Below are positions 8,633 through 17,247 of a DNA stretch of 42,466 nt, one piece after another. The translations under genes were made by a program, and so were the position numbers. Positions within the stretch are counted from its first letter, which is position 1. The number at the start of each line of letters is the position of its first letter. The notes beneath the pieces are model-generated. The model saw only the letters and a program-made list of their open reading frames with translations, did not search any database and was not told the DNA's origin. This stretch comes from an uncultured Candidatus Saccharibacteria bacterium. GTDB taxonomy: Bacteria; Patescibacteriota; Minisyncoccia; Phycocordibacterales; JACOZG01. The stretch is taken from the NCBI GenBank assembly GCA_964361825.1, contig CAYICB010000007.1, forward strand, positions 1 through 42,466. Direction: 5' to 3'.

Positions 8633-9940
8633 ATGATTGTTTGGCGAGACTATTTTAAGGGTAAAAAGATCACGCTGATGGGTCTCGGACTCCTCGGTCG
8701 GGGGATTAATGATGCCAAATTTTTGGCGGAAATGGGGGCGGAATTAATTGTGACTGATTTGAAAACGGCCGAGCAACTTGAAACTTCGCTGAAACAGTTA
8801 AAGAAATATTCCCAAATCAAATTTGTTTTAGGTGAACACCGGTTAGAGGATTTTAAAGATAGGGATTTTATTCTTCGGGCTGCCAATGTGCCGCTCGGCT
8901 CAATTCATCTAGCGGAAGCGCGAAAAAATGGGATTCCTATTAAAATGGATGCTTCGTGGTTTGCGGAACTTGCGCCAGCCGGAGTGACTCTAATTGGAAT
9001 TACTGGTACGCGCGGCAAGAGCACCACGACGCAAATGATTTATGAAATTCTTACCCAAGGTCACCGTGTTTTTTTGGGCGGTAATGTTAAGGGGGTGGCG
9101 ACCCTACCTTTGCTCAAGAAGGTGAAAACCGGCGATATTTTGGTGCTTGAGCTTGATTCGTGGCAACTCCAAGGTTTTGGCGAAGAGCAAATTAGCCCGC
9201 AAATCGCGGTATTCACTAACTTTTTTCCCGATCACCTCAATTATTATAAGGGCGACATGAAACAATACTTGGCCGACAAAGAAAACATTTTTAAATATCA
9301 AAAAGCTGGCGACACCTTAATTCGAGGTGAGAGCGTGGAGAAATTACCGAAGAGTTGGAAGCTCAAAGTTTTGGGCGAACACAATCGCGTTAATGCCGCT
9401 TGCGCGGTGGCGGTGGCAAGAGCGCTTAAAATTCCGGAGAAGATGATTAGAAAAACAATGGAGAATTTTACCGGTGTGGCGGGGCGCTTAGAATTAATTA
9501 GAACGAAGCACGGGGTGAAGTATTATAATGATACGACCGCCACGAGTCCGGAAGCGGTGATCGTGGCGCTCCAAGCGCTCGGTGATCCAAAGAAAATTAT
9601 TCTGATCGCTGGTGGCGCAGACAAGAACTTTCCGGAAGAAAGTGTCGCCAACTTAGTTAATAAATTACTTACGGTGAAGCAAGTAATTCTCTTGCCGGGT
9701 ACAGGGACGGAAAAAGTCAAAAGGCAAAAGTCAAAAGGCAAAAGTGAAAGTCAAAAATCAAAATTCGCAGAAGTTAAAAGTTTGGCGGAAGCGGTAAAAG
9801 TGGCTCAAAATAAGGCTAAAACTGGCGACACGGTAATTCTTAGTCCCGGCTTCGCCTCCTTTGGTCCGCCTCCCGGTGGATTCAAAAATGAGTATGATCG
9901 CGGCGCGCAGTTTAATAAACTCATCAAGCAATTGAAATAA
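8633..9940 (+). CDS. murD: UDP-N-acetylmuramoyl-L-alanine--D-glutamate ligase
   Basis: GITGTRGKSTT P-loop; LELDSWQL; NFFPDHL; YYNDTTAT; LSPGFASF..FKNEYDRG. Confidence 0.93.
   Translation: MIVWRDYFKGKKITLMGLGLLGRGINDAKFLAEMGAELIVTDLKTAEQLETSLKQLKKYSQIKFVLGEHRLEDFKDRDFILRAANVPLGSIHLAEARKNGIPIKMDASWFAELAPAGVTLIGITGTRGKSTTTQMIYEILTQGHRVFLGGNVKGVATLPLLKKVKTGDILVLELDSWQLQGFGEEQISPQIAVFTNFFPDHLNYYKGDMKQYLADKENIFKYQKAGDTLIRGESVEKLPKSWKLKVLGEHNRVNAACAVAVARALKIPEKMIRKTMENFTGVAGRLELIRTKHGVKYYNDTTATSPEAVIVALQALGDPKKIILIAGGADKNFPEESVANLVNKLLTVKQVILLPGTGTEKVKRQKSKGKSESQKSKFAEVKSLAEAVKVAQNKAKTGDTVILSPGFASFGPPPGGFKNEYDRGAQFNKLIKQLK
9712..9766 (+). repeat. Heptamer tandem repeat (AAAAGTC/AAAAGGC) inside murD
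   Basis: aaaagtc aaaaggc aaaagtc aaaaggc aaaagtg aaagtc aaaaatc aaaattc, encoding KVKRQKSKGKSESQKSK. Confidence 0.8.
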
Positions 9941-9970
9941 AAAAACCGCCCCCGTTGGTGTTGGGGGCGG
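9939..9970 (-). terminator. Intrinsic terminator between convergent genes
   Basis: ccgccccc/gggggcgg stem preceded by A7 (U-tract on minus strand). Confidence 0.75.
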
Positions 9971-9992
9971 CGGCGATTTCTGAACTGGACAC

Positions 9993-10928
9993 CTAAGAAG
10001 AATTTACGACCAAGACCCCATTCCTACTTGGCTTACCGCTTCTGGCTTCGCAGTGCCACAATAGTTTATTGGCGGGCGAACAGTCAACAGACCTGTCAAA
10101 ATAGGCATCCTCATAGATATTGATGGGCGAAAACTTTAAAGTTATTTCCCATCTATTTTTTCCGTAGTAGGTAAACTGCTTGGAAATTATGGTTTCCAGA
10201 CACAGCTGGCCGTACACCGGATCGTCAATCAAACAGTTTCCCCACCGCGAGATTACTTTTTCTAGTAGTTGCAAATTGTGCTCGCCCATATGTGGTGGGT
10301 AGTGAGATTTGTCGTCGAGAGGGCGTACATTGAAGGTGGGGAGATAGAAGTGTTTCGTTGGCAGTCCACCGAAAACTTTTACCTCAAGAGGATAACGACG
10401 GTGCTGATTGGCGCACTGGTTACTTAGGAGTTTAATCATCTCCTCGATCACCGACTCGTGATCTTGACGACAAACGAGGCGGGGATCATTGGGGGGGAAA
10501 CGGACGAGGTTAAACAGACTTGCTTTGGCTACCACCAAATCCCAATTGCGCTTATTTCTGGCCACGATAATTGGCTCATCACCGAAGGGTGCGAAATAGG
10601 CGGCATTAGGCTGGAGCAGGAGCCCATTGATGTTTGGTCCGTAATAAATTGGCAGGTGATGGTTTTTGTCCGATGATAACCACACAAACTCTTCTGGTGT
10701 GGCCACAATCGAGTTTTCGTCGGTTGTGTCTGGTAGATACAACCTTTTGGCTCCAGTGTTTTTGGCTATTTCAACAATGGTTCTGATTTGATCCACATGT
10801 AGTCCCTTTTTGTTTGGTGACCAATTGGTTGGGGCACCAAACAGGCAAACCGTTGGTCCAGAGCTTTGGCCGAAAGGGCGGAGTTGTACCATGCTGCTGT
10901 TGCAAACTTGAGTGACATTCAGTCGCAT
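9993..10928 (-). CDS. Divergent YfiH/PgeF (LACC1-like) fold protein, catalytic motifs degenerate
   Basis: NGLLLQPNAAYFAPFGDEPIIVA...VVAKAS aligns with DGL..ADC.P....HAG; C-terminal LWHCEARSGKPSRNGVLV; SD aaaggag upstream. Confidence 0.5.
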   Translation of the reverse strand: MRLNVTQVCNSSMVQLRPFGQSSGPTVCLFGAPTNWSPNKKGLHVDQIRTIVEIAKNTGAKRLYLPDTTDENSIVATPEEFVWLSSDKNHHLPIYYGPNINGLLLQPNAAYFAPFGDEPIIVARNKRNWDLVVAKASLFNLVRFPPNDPRLVCRQDHESVIEEMIKLLSNQCANQHRRYPLEVKVFGGLPTKHFYLPTFNVRPLDDKSHYPPHMGEHNLQLLEKVISRWGNCLIDDPVYGQLCLETIISKQFTYYGKNRWEITLKFSPINIYEDAYFDRSVDCSPANKLLWHCEARSGKPSRNGVLVVNSS

Positions 10929-11007
10929 TTTTTCTCCTTTCGTTGATTGGAAAAGAACACCAGACCTTATTCTTGGCTAAAATGGGTTTTTTGGCAAGCG
11001 CGGAGAG

Positions 11008-11054
11008 AAAAAAACCGCCCGGGCGCCACTCCAGTGTGGAGCGTGCTCGGGCGG
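11008..11054 (-). terminator. Intrinsic terminator of the 11073..11957 gene
   Basis: ccgcccgggc...gctcgggcgg long stem with A7 on the left. Confidence 0.7.
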
Positions 11055-11072
11055 GAGGTTATTGCTTTCTGA

Positions 11073-11957
11073 CTAATCTTGAGGGGGGTTGATCAGAAGA
11101 ACCGCGTTTGATTTTTCTTGTCTTTTCTGACCTTCCCTTACATGACTGTGCCACAAATGTTGGCCACTTTCATCAACATCACACACGGGGGAGTGTTTGG
11201 TGATTTCAATATTGCAGTTGGCTAAACCGCAGTGTCTCATTTCCCGGCGGATTAAATGTCTCAGCCTGATGCCACCGGAGACTGATTTTTTGAGACAACC
11301 TTCATGCCAACCCACCTTGATCCTCTCAAGTAATCGTTGGTTTTTGGTGCCATAAACCGGATCGGTGGGACTGTAAACAAAGTGTCCACCACGAATGCCG
11401 AGAATTATCCCCCCGCTCAAATCCTCAGCTAGAATTCCTGAATTCTTGTGTTTGTGTCTCAGAAGGGTGTTCACCGCACTTCTTACCACACTTTCAACCC
11501 CAGTTTTTTCTGGATTGTCTGAAACGATTGACCGCAATCCGGCGCGGAAGAAAGCGATGCCTTTAATGTGCGGGTGGGCCACATAACAAGCAGCGCAATC
11601 AGCCACGCGAATCAAAGCGGCTTCTCCGGGGAACACGATGACCCCTTCAGCCGCTAGATCAGTGTAAACAGTCACTTTTCTGATGTTGAATTTTTGGTGG
11701 AAAGCAGTTTTGCAGTCAATGATCAGTCGATTGAAACGCGCGGTGTTTGGTCTGAGTAGGGTGTGTATACCACATTGCTCAAGAAGGGTTGCTATCAAAC
11801 TCAAACCTTCAGGATTGTCTCCGGGTGGTATATGCACCCGTGTGCCGAAAAGGTGGATTGATGCTCCGTGTCGTAGCCCCACCATCTTTGACAGAGTTTC
11901 TTGAGCACAAACTTTAGACATGGTTGTCATCTGCTTACTCCTTTTCATAAACAACAA
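11073..11957 (-). CDS. Divergent YfiH/PgeF (LACC1-like) family protein
   Basis: EGVIVFPGEAALIRVADCAACYVA...IAFFRAGLRS resembles DALIT..ADC.P...HAGWRG; LWHSHVREG resembles FFSYRR. Confidence 0.62.
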   Translation of the reverse strand: MLFMKRSKQMTTMSKVCAQETLSKMVGLRHGASIHLFGTRVHIPPGDNPEGLSLIATLLEQCGIHTLLRPNTARFNRLIIDCKTAFHQKFNIRKVTVYTDLAAEGVIVFPGEAALIRVADCAACYVAHPHIKGIAFFRAGLRSIVSDNPEKTGVESVVRSAVNTLLRHKHKNSGILAEDLSGGIILGIRGGHFVYSPTDPVYGTKNQRLLERIKVGWHEGCLKKSVSGGIRLRHLIRREMRHCGLANCNIEITKHSPVCDVDESGQHLWHSHVREGQKRQEKSNAVLLINPPQD

Positions 11958-12019
11958 AGATCTCCTTACTCTGTTTTTTACCCTACCATTTTATCATTAA
12001 TTAGTCTATCATTCGTTCA

Positions 12020-13267
12020 ATGAAGGTCCATTTTATTGGTATTGGCGGCATTGGGGTGTCGGCGATTGCGCGGATGATGTTGGGCGAAGGGAATCCGCCA
12101 GTTGGCGGAGTAAGCGGTTCGGATGCTTCGCCCTCGCCAATTACGGCAGAGCTGACCAAGCTTGGGGCAAAAATTTTTGTAGGCCAGAAAGCCGAAAATA
12201 TTTCGGCTGATTGTGATTTGGTCATTCATACCATCGCGATTCCGGAGACTAATCCGGAGTTGAGGCGCGCGCGAGAGTTGGGGATTAAAACACAAACTTA
12301 CCCCGAATTTTTAGGCCAACTCTCGCGCGAAAAGTTTACCATTGCGGTGGCGGGGACACACGGGAAAACCACGACAACGGCGATGATCGCCAAGATTCTT
12401 CTCGATGCTGGGTTTGATCCCACGGTGATTGTGGGCAGTTTGCTTAAAGAAACGCAGAGCAATTTTATTGCCGGAAAGAGTAAGTATCTGGTGGTTGAGG
12501 CTTGCGAATATCGGCGCTCTTTTCTTAATCTTTGGCCGAAGATTCTGGTGATTACAAACATTGATAATGACCACCTCGATTATTATTTGGACATGTCTGA
12601 CATCCACAAGGCTTTTGCGGAACTTGCAGCTAAAGTTCCGGCTGACGGGAAGGTGATTACGGCTAAAGAATATGAGCAAGTGCCAGTAGATTTTAAGCTA
12701 AAGGTGCCCGGCGCGCATAATGTGCAGAATGCCCAAGCCGCCTTGGCTGTGGCTACTGCCGTGGGTATTGAGCGAAGCCTCGCCGTGAAGGCGCTCGAAG
12801 AATTTGCTGGTACTTGGCGGCGCTTTGAGTTTAAGGGAAAAACCCCCTCGACTTCGCTCGGGGCAGGCGGCGTTTTAGTTTACGATGATTATGCTCATCA
12901 CCCCACGGCGATTCGCGCCACGCTTAAAGCGGCGCGAGAATTGGCGGGTGAGAAAAAAGTGATTGTTGTTTTCCAACCCCATCTTTATAGTCGAACCAAG
13001 CATTCTTTTGCTGATTTTGCCACAAGCTTCGGCGACGCTAATTTGGTGATTGTCGCGCCAATTTATGCCGCGCGGGAACCATTTGACCCCAGTGTGGATA
13101 GTGAAAAGTTGGCTGAGGCGATTAACCAGCAAAGTCAGAACGCGATTTATCTCGCTAATTTTACCGAGATGAAACAGAAGATTTTGGCCACAGCCAAGGC
13201 TGATGATTTAGTTTTTACCATGGGCGCGGGCGATATTTACCATTTGGCCGATGATTTGCTAAAATAA
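12020..13267 (+). CDS. murC: UDP-N-acetylmuramate--L-alanine ligase
   Basis: HFIGIGGIGVS; AGTHGKTTTT; EACEY; NIDNDHLD; DDYAHHP; FQPHLYSRT; MGAGDI. Confidence 0.95.
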   Translation: MKVHFIGIGGIGVSAIARMMLGEGNPPVGGVSGSDASPSPITAELTKLGAKIFVGQKAENISADCDLVIHTIAIPETNPELRRARELGIKTQTYPEFLGQLSREKFTIAVAGTHGKTTTTAMIAKILLDAGFDPTVIVGSLLKETQSNFIAGKSKYLVVEACEYRRSFLNLWPKILVITNIDNDHLDYYLDMSDIHKAFAELAAKVPADGKVITAKEYEQVPVDFKLKVPGAHNVQNAQAALAVATAVGIERSLAVKALEEFAGTWRRFEFKGKTPSTSLGAGGVLVYDDYAHHPTAIRATLKAARELAGEKKVIVVFQPHLYSRTKHSFADFATSFGDANLVIVAPIYAAREPFDPSVDSEKLAEAINQQSQNAIYLANFTEMKQKILATAKADDLVFTMGAGDIYHLADDLLK

Positions 13268-13273
13268 CCCGCA

Positions 13274-13429
13274 ATGAATCGTAATAAAAACTGGACGAAT
13301 GTCTTTTTTGGGATTTTGGTAATGGTTTTGCCGTTTTTGGGTTTTCCGGATTGGACCAAAGACTGGTTATTTCTCGCTTTTGGCTTGATTATTACTCTGG
13401 TGGCACTTTCGAGCCAGCGAACAATTTGA
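13274..13429 (+). CDS. Small two-TM membrane protein (51 aa, below the ORF-track cutoff)
   Basis: MNRNKNWTNVFFGILVMVLPFLGFPDWTKDWLFLAFGLIITLVALSSQRTI*; exactly fills the gap between murC and the next gene. Confidence 0.7.
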   Translation: MNRNKNWTNVFFGILVMVLPFLGFPDWTKDWLFLAFGLIITLVALSSQRTI

Positions 13430-13430
13430 G

Positions 13431-14570
13431 ATGAGGGCTTTTACCCTAGTGGCGACCGTGTTGCTTGGTGGAGCGCTGGTCGCCATTTTTTTGTTACCCA
13501 GTTTTCCTGGCGCGGTGTATGAGGCACCGGAGGCACCTCCTTTGGTGACGACGCCACTGCCCGTTTTGCCAGTAGAACCACCGGTCACCCATTTGCTTAC
13601 GCCGGAGCCACTTAAAGCGATTTATATGACCAGTTGGGTAGCGGGGACTAAATCAATTCGCGAGAAGTTGGTAAAAATTATTGATGACACCGAGCTCAAC
13701 GCCCTCGTGATTGATATTAAGGATTACACCGGCCAAAATGCGCTGACCGATGGTCGGATGCCGGATATTAAGGAGTTTATTAGAACTCTCCACGAGAAAG
13801 AGGTTTATGTGATTGGCCGAATTGCCGTGTTTCAGGACCCACTTTTTGTTAAAGAGCGACCGGAGCTCGCGGTAAAGCGCGCGAGCGATGGTGGCGTGTG
13901 GAAGGATCGCAAGGGGATTACTTGGCTCGATGCGGCGGGCGAGGAAGCGTGGGAGCGCGCGGTAACATTAGCGCGCGAGTCGTATGCCCTTGGTTTTGAC
14001 GAAATTAATTTTGATTATATTCGCTTTCCGTCCGATGGTGATATGGAAGATATTGCTTACCCATTTTATGATAAAACCATGACCACCAAGCCAGAAGTTT
14101 TGCGCCAGTTTTTTGCTTACCTCGACAAAGAGTTGAGTGATTTGCCTTTGCCGATCTCGGCCGACCTTTTTGGTCTCACCACGAGCGCGAAAAGTGATTT
14201 AGGGATCGGGCAAATTTTAGAAGACGCCGCGCCGCACTTCGACTATATTGCGCCAATGGTTTATCCGTCGCATTTCGCCGCGGGTTTCGAGGGTTTTAAA
14301 AATCCGGCCGCTAATCCGTATGAAGTAGTAAAATATTCAATGGACGAGGCGGTTAAGAAACTAACATCAACGACCACCCCCGCCTTCGCTTCTGCTTCGG
14401 CGAGGCAAGGCAAACTCCGCCCGTGGTTGCAAGACTTCGATCTTGGTGCCGACTACACTGCCGACATGGTCCGCGCCCAAATAGAAGCCACTTACGATGC
14501 CGGCCTCACCTCGTGGATGCTCTGGGATCCGAGTAACAAATACACAAGAGACGCCCTTGACGAAGATTAA
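13431..14570 (+). CDS. Putative glycoside hydrolase (DUF4015-like TIM barrel), membrane-anchored
   Basis: LNALVIDIKD; GFDEINFDYIRFP; PMVYPSH; LRPWLQDF. Confidence 0.8.
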   Translation: MRAFTLVATVLLGGALVAIFLLPSFPGAVYEAPEAPPLVTTPLPVLPVEPPVTHLLTPEPLKAIYMTSWVAGTKSIREKLVKIIDDTELNALVIDIKDYTGQNALTDGRMPDIKEFIRTLHEKEVYVIGRIAVFQDPLFVKERPELAVKRASDGGVWKDRKGITWLDAAGEEAWERAVTLARESYALGFDEINFDYIRFPSDGDMEDIAYPFYDKTMTTKPEVLRQFFAYLDKELSDLPLPISADLFGLTTSAKSDLGIGQILEDAAPHFDYIAPMVYPSHFAAGFEGFKNPAANPYEVVKYSMDEAVKKLTSTTTPAFASASARQGKLRPWLQDFDLGADYTADMVRAQIEATYDAGLTSWMLWDPSNKYTRDALDED

Positions 14571-14584
14571 AAAATGTGTATTCT
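14557..14584 (+). promoter_or_regulatory. Candidate sigma70 promoter for the effector gene
   Basis: TTGACG-16 bp-TATTCT. Confidence 0.4.
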
Positions 14585-14643
14585 GTATGGTGGCGTGGTT
14601 GTTGTTTGAAAGAAAATTGAGTTCTAGAGAAAGATGGTGCTAA

Positions 14644-16365
14644 ATGATGGTATTGGTAGCAGAGAAGGAACGAAGTGCTGATACTGTCGTTCCCGTTCCT
14701 AATGTGGTGGAGATCGTTGACTACCGCGTGGTGGAAACCGAAATTCATTTGACGGGTGGCCCGCGGGTGCAAACAATCAAGAATTGGATCACCCGCGTGG
14801 GCCGGGCCGAAGCTGAAGCGATGCGAATGCTCAAGGAGTATTTACGGATTCAGAAAGTCGAGATTACAGATGAAGATGGCGAGGTCGAGGAAAAAATCGT
14901 TCGCGCCGAACTTTATCTTCCCTGTGTTGATCCGGCAAAACTGGTTGCGGCTCGTGAATTGATTAAGCCCGATAGAGTTAAAACGACTAACGATGAGCTT
15001 GGTGGGAATAAAGAATTGAGCCCAGCCGCGCTGGCTCGCCCTAAGTATCTCAATTCGTATCATTTGGTTGAGATTGTTGAAAAAACAGGCGAGGTGCCAG
15101 TCTTGCGTTTCGTTTTACTTGAGACATACAGTTTCGAGGTTGAGATCAAGCGTGGGCCGAAAAAGGGTGAGAAGAAAACAGTGAAAACCTCGGTTCACAT
15201 TGAGGTGACCAAGGCACTCCAGCGACTCATTACGAGTTGGCTGGCGCCACCACTTTTCAAGACCTTGCCGGCCAAGTTTAAGGATGGTGCGGCGCAAGAA
15301 GTGGCCCAATCGCTCGCTTCTCACTTGGGAATCCAAGAGAAGGCCGACCCGACCCGTCCCGATATTGGTTTCCCTTCCTTTGATCAAGCAGATCCGCGAC
15401 TTTGCGATCAGTCTAAACCACTTCAGCATCAGCCCCTGCGTTTTACTGGTAGTGGTGATGTGACGGTCTTCCGCCGGATTTGGAATGATCCGCACACGCA
15501 AGAGCGTTTACCCGGTCTCTGGGCCGCTATCCCGCTCGACCATGTTGAGACTTGGTGGCACAAGAAATTGGCGGAATTCACCCCACTTCCCATTTGGAGT
15601 GGCGCGAGTTTAACCACCCCCAAGGGCAAGCCCAAGAACCTAATGCTCGTGCCACTCTCTATCCGTCACGGTTGGGAAATCAAACGATTTTGTGAACTGT
15701 CGTCTGATTTAGAGAATCTTGATCATGGTCGTTTGGTGCGGACTCTAAGCGGTAAGGAATTTAAGCCCTGTTGGTCCTTGTTGGTTCGGCGGGGTGATAG
15801 GTTCTTTATCCAACTTGTGCTCAAACGCGAGGTGGAAATTCCGTCTCGGCCCAACACTTGCGGAGTGCATATCGCCTTGACCAAAGAACCGCATGGTTGG
15901 AGTATCAAGCTCCACTGGGCTTGCGATGATCAAACTGGAGAAATTCTGCTTGAGTATCCGGGTCAAGTGTGGAGACGAAATCGCGACAAGGAAGGCAACG
16001 CCTTATCTGGTGGGAGCCTTCATCCGATGTTCGACCATCGGGAAAAGCGTCGGGATAATGCTTGCGTGGCGGCGCTTAAACTGGTGGCCATCGCCAAGCG
16101 CCTTAATGCCAATCTCTATCTGGAGGATGTAAAAGGTAATAAGAAGCGCGGTCAAGGCCAACCGGGAGGAACCTTGGCGACAAGGTTTAACCACGCTTCC
16201 ATTGCTGAAATCGTTCAACAAAAGGCGGTTGATGGTCGCGTTTGCGTCGAACTGGTGCCGGGTTTCAAGTTGTTGGAAACGGGCATTAGAGACTTGTCGC
16301 CTTCAGAGAAGGCTGGGGTCATTGCCAGTCTGGGTCTAGAAAGGAGAAAGAAAAAGGAGGAATAA
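14644..16365 (+). CDS. Compact type V (Cas12/TnpB-like) CRISPR effector with degenerate RuvC, probably nuclease-inactive
   Basis: WSLLVRRGDRFFIQLVLKREVE followed by CGVHIA (RuvC-I, His409 for Asp); LYLED (RuvC-II, E494); FNHASIAEIVQQKAVDGRVCVELVP (TnpB-like helix-strand); terminal helix KAGVIASLGL; adjacent to cas1, array and anti-repeat. Confidence 0.75.
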   Translation: MMVLVAEKERSADTVVPVPNVVEIVDYRVVETEIHLTGGPRVQTIKNWITRVGRAEAEAMRMLKEYLRIQKVEITDEDGEVEEKIVRAELYLPCVDPAKLVAARELIKPDRVKTTNDELGGNKELSPAALARPKYLNSYHLVEIVEKTGEVPVLRFVLLETYSFEVEIKRGPKKGEKKTVKTSVHIEVTKALQRLITSWLAPPLFKTLPAKFKDGAAQEVAQSLASHLGIQEKADPTRPDIGFPSFDQADPRLCDQSKPLQHQPLRFTGSGDVTVFRRIWNDPHTQERLPGLWAAIPLDHVETWWHKKLAEFTPLPIWSGASLTTPKGKPKNLMLVPLSIRHGWEIKRFCELSSDLENLDHGRLVRTLSGKEFKPCWSLLVRRGDRFFIQLVLKREVEIPSRPNTCGVHIALTKEPHGWSIKLHWACDDQTGEILLEYPGQVWRRNRDKEGNALSGGSLHPMFDHREKRRDNACVAALKLVAIAKRLNANLYLEDVKGNKKRGQGQPGGTLATRFNHASIAEIVQQKAVDGRVCVELVPGFKLLETGIRDLSPSEKAGVIASLGLERRKKKEE

Positions 16366-16380
16366 ATTTGTTCCTTCTCC

Positions 16381-16417
16381 GTCCTCCGAGGCAAGCAATT
16401 GCTTCGGGGGACTTTTT
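16381..16417 (+). terminator. Intrinsic terminator between effector and cas1
   Basis: 14-bp stem gtcctccgaggcaa/ttgcttcgggggac (two GU pairs), GCAA loop, then T5. Confidence 0.85.
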
Positions 16418-16435
16418 GTGCTTGATTTTGGGTTA

Positions 16436-17191
16436 ATGGAAAAAATGAAGGAAGTTTACCATGATCCAGTTTTGGTAAGGGCACAAATTGTGTTTAGTGA
16501 TAGCGCGGCTGGTTTAGAAACTGCCAAAGAAATCATTAAAACTAAGATAAAAAACTCCCGACTTTTGCTTACTGTTTATGCTCGCTCGCCGCGGCGCACT
16601 GGTTCTGATCAGGCTAGTATTATTCAAACTATCGTAGGAGAAATGTGGCGCTGGGAGCAATTAGTTGTGGGGGCCGAGACTAAAGCCAGAACTTTCCAAC
16701 TTGAGGCTCTGGCCGCCAAGGATTATTGGGAGGCGGTACGAGTAATTTGTTATCAGGTCGAAGATTGGCATCGCGTGTATCCTCATGCCACCGATGTTTT
16801 AAGTATCCTGTTAAACACCGGTTATGTGGCTTTGGGGCGGAAAGTTAAAAAGATTTTATTAGAGTCTGGTTTGCTCTTAGAATTTGGCATTTTGCACGGT
16901 AAGAATTCTCGGTTGCCCTTGATTTACGATGTGATGGAAATCTTTCGTCAACCGGCGGTAGATGCGGTGATTATGCCGATTTTTTCGCGTCGACCTAAAA
17001 GTGGGGTAGAGAAGGGGAGCAGAGAATTTAGAAAAGCTATTGCTCTGATGATTGAGCGTTGGCAAGAAAGGTTTTTATACAATGGACGGAAAGAAACCAT
17101 GGAAAGGATTTTGTTTTTAGAAATTTGCCAACTCAAGCGGGCGATTGTAGAAGAAAGACCGTGGAAGCCAATTCTAACATCTGTAAGTTAA
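16436..17191 (+). CDS. cas1: Cas1 integrase homolog, helical catalytic domain only (~250 aa)
   Basis: AKEIIKTKIKNS; QLEALAAKDYW (E); DVLSILLNTGY; EFGILH (H); LIYDVMEIFR (D/E); spacing matches the Cas1 E-H-D triad. Confidence 0.88.
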   Translation: MEKMKEVYHDPVLVRAQIVFSDSAAGLETAKEIIKTKIKNSRLLLTVYARSPRRTGSDQASIIQTIVGEMWRWEQLVVGAETKARTFQLEALAAKDYWEAVRVICYQVEDWHRVYPHATDVLSILLNTGYVALGRKVKKILLESGLLLEFGILHGKNSRLPLIYDVMEIFRQPAVDAVIMPIFSRRPKSGVEKGSREFRKAIALMIERWQERFLYNGRKETMERILFLEICQLKRAIVEERPWKPILTSVS

Positions 17192-17197
17192 AGCAAG

Positions 17198-17222
17198 AAA
17201 AAAGCCACCCATTAAGAGTGGC
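17198..17222 (-). terminator. Terminator of the minus-strand CRISPR transcript
   Basis: Minus strand GCCACUC-uuaau-GGGUGGC-UUUUUU; the stem is complete (with a GU pair) only on this strand. Confidence 0.75.
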
Positions 17223-17247
17223 GATTTGTTCAAAAAAGAGCTTTGTG

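Noticed and set aside
15849-15857. gcccaacac inside the effector gene equals the repeat end
   Set aside because: A 9-mer match is expected by chance in 42 kb
14644-16365. IS200/IS605 TnpB transposon or Cas12k-type CAST
   Set aside because: No tnpA or tnsB/tnsC/tniQ genes and no visible element ends; cas1, array and anti-repeat are present instead
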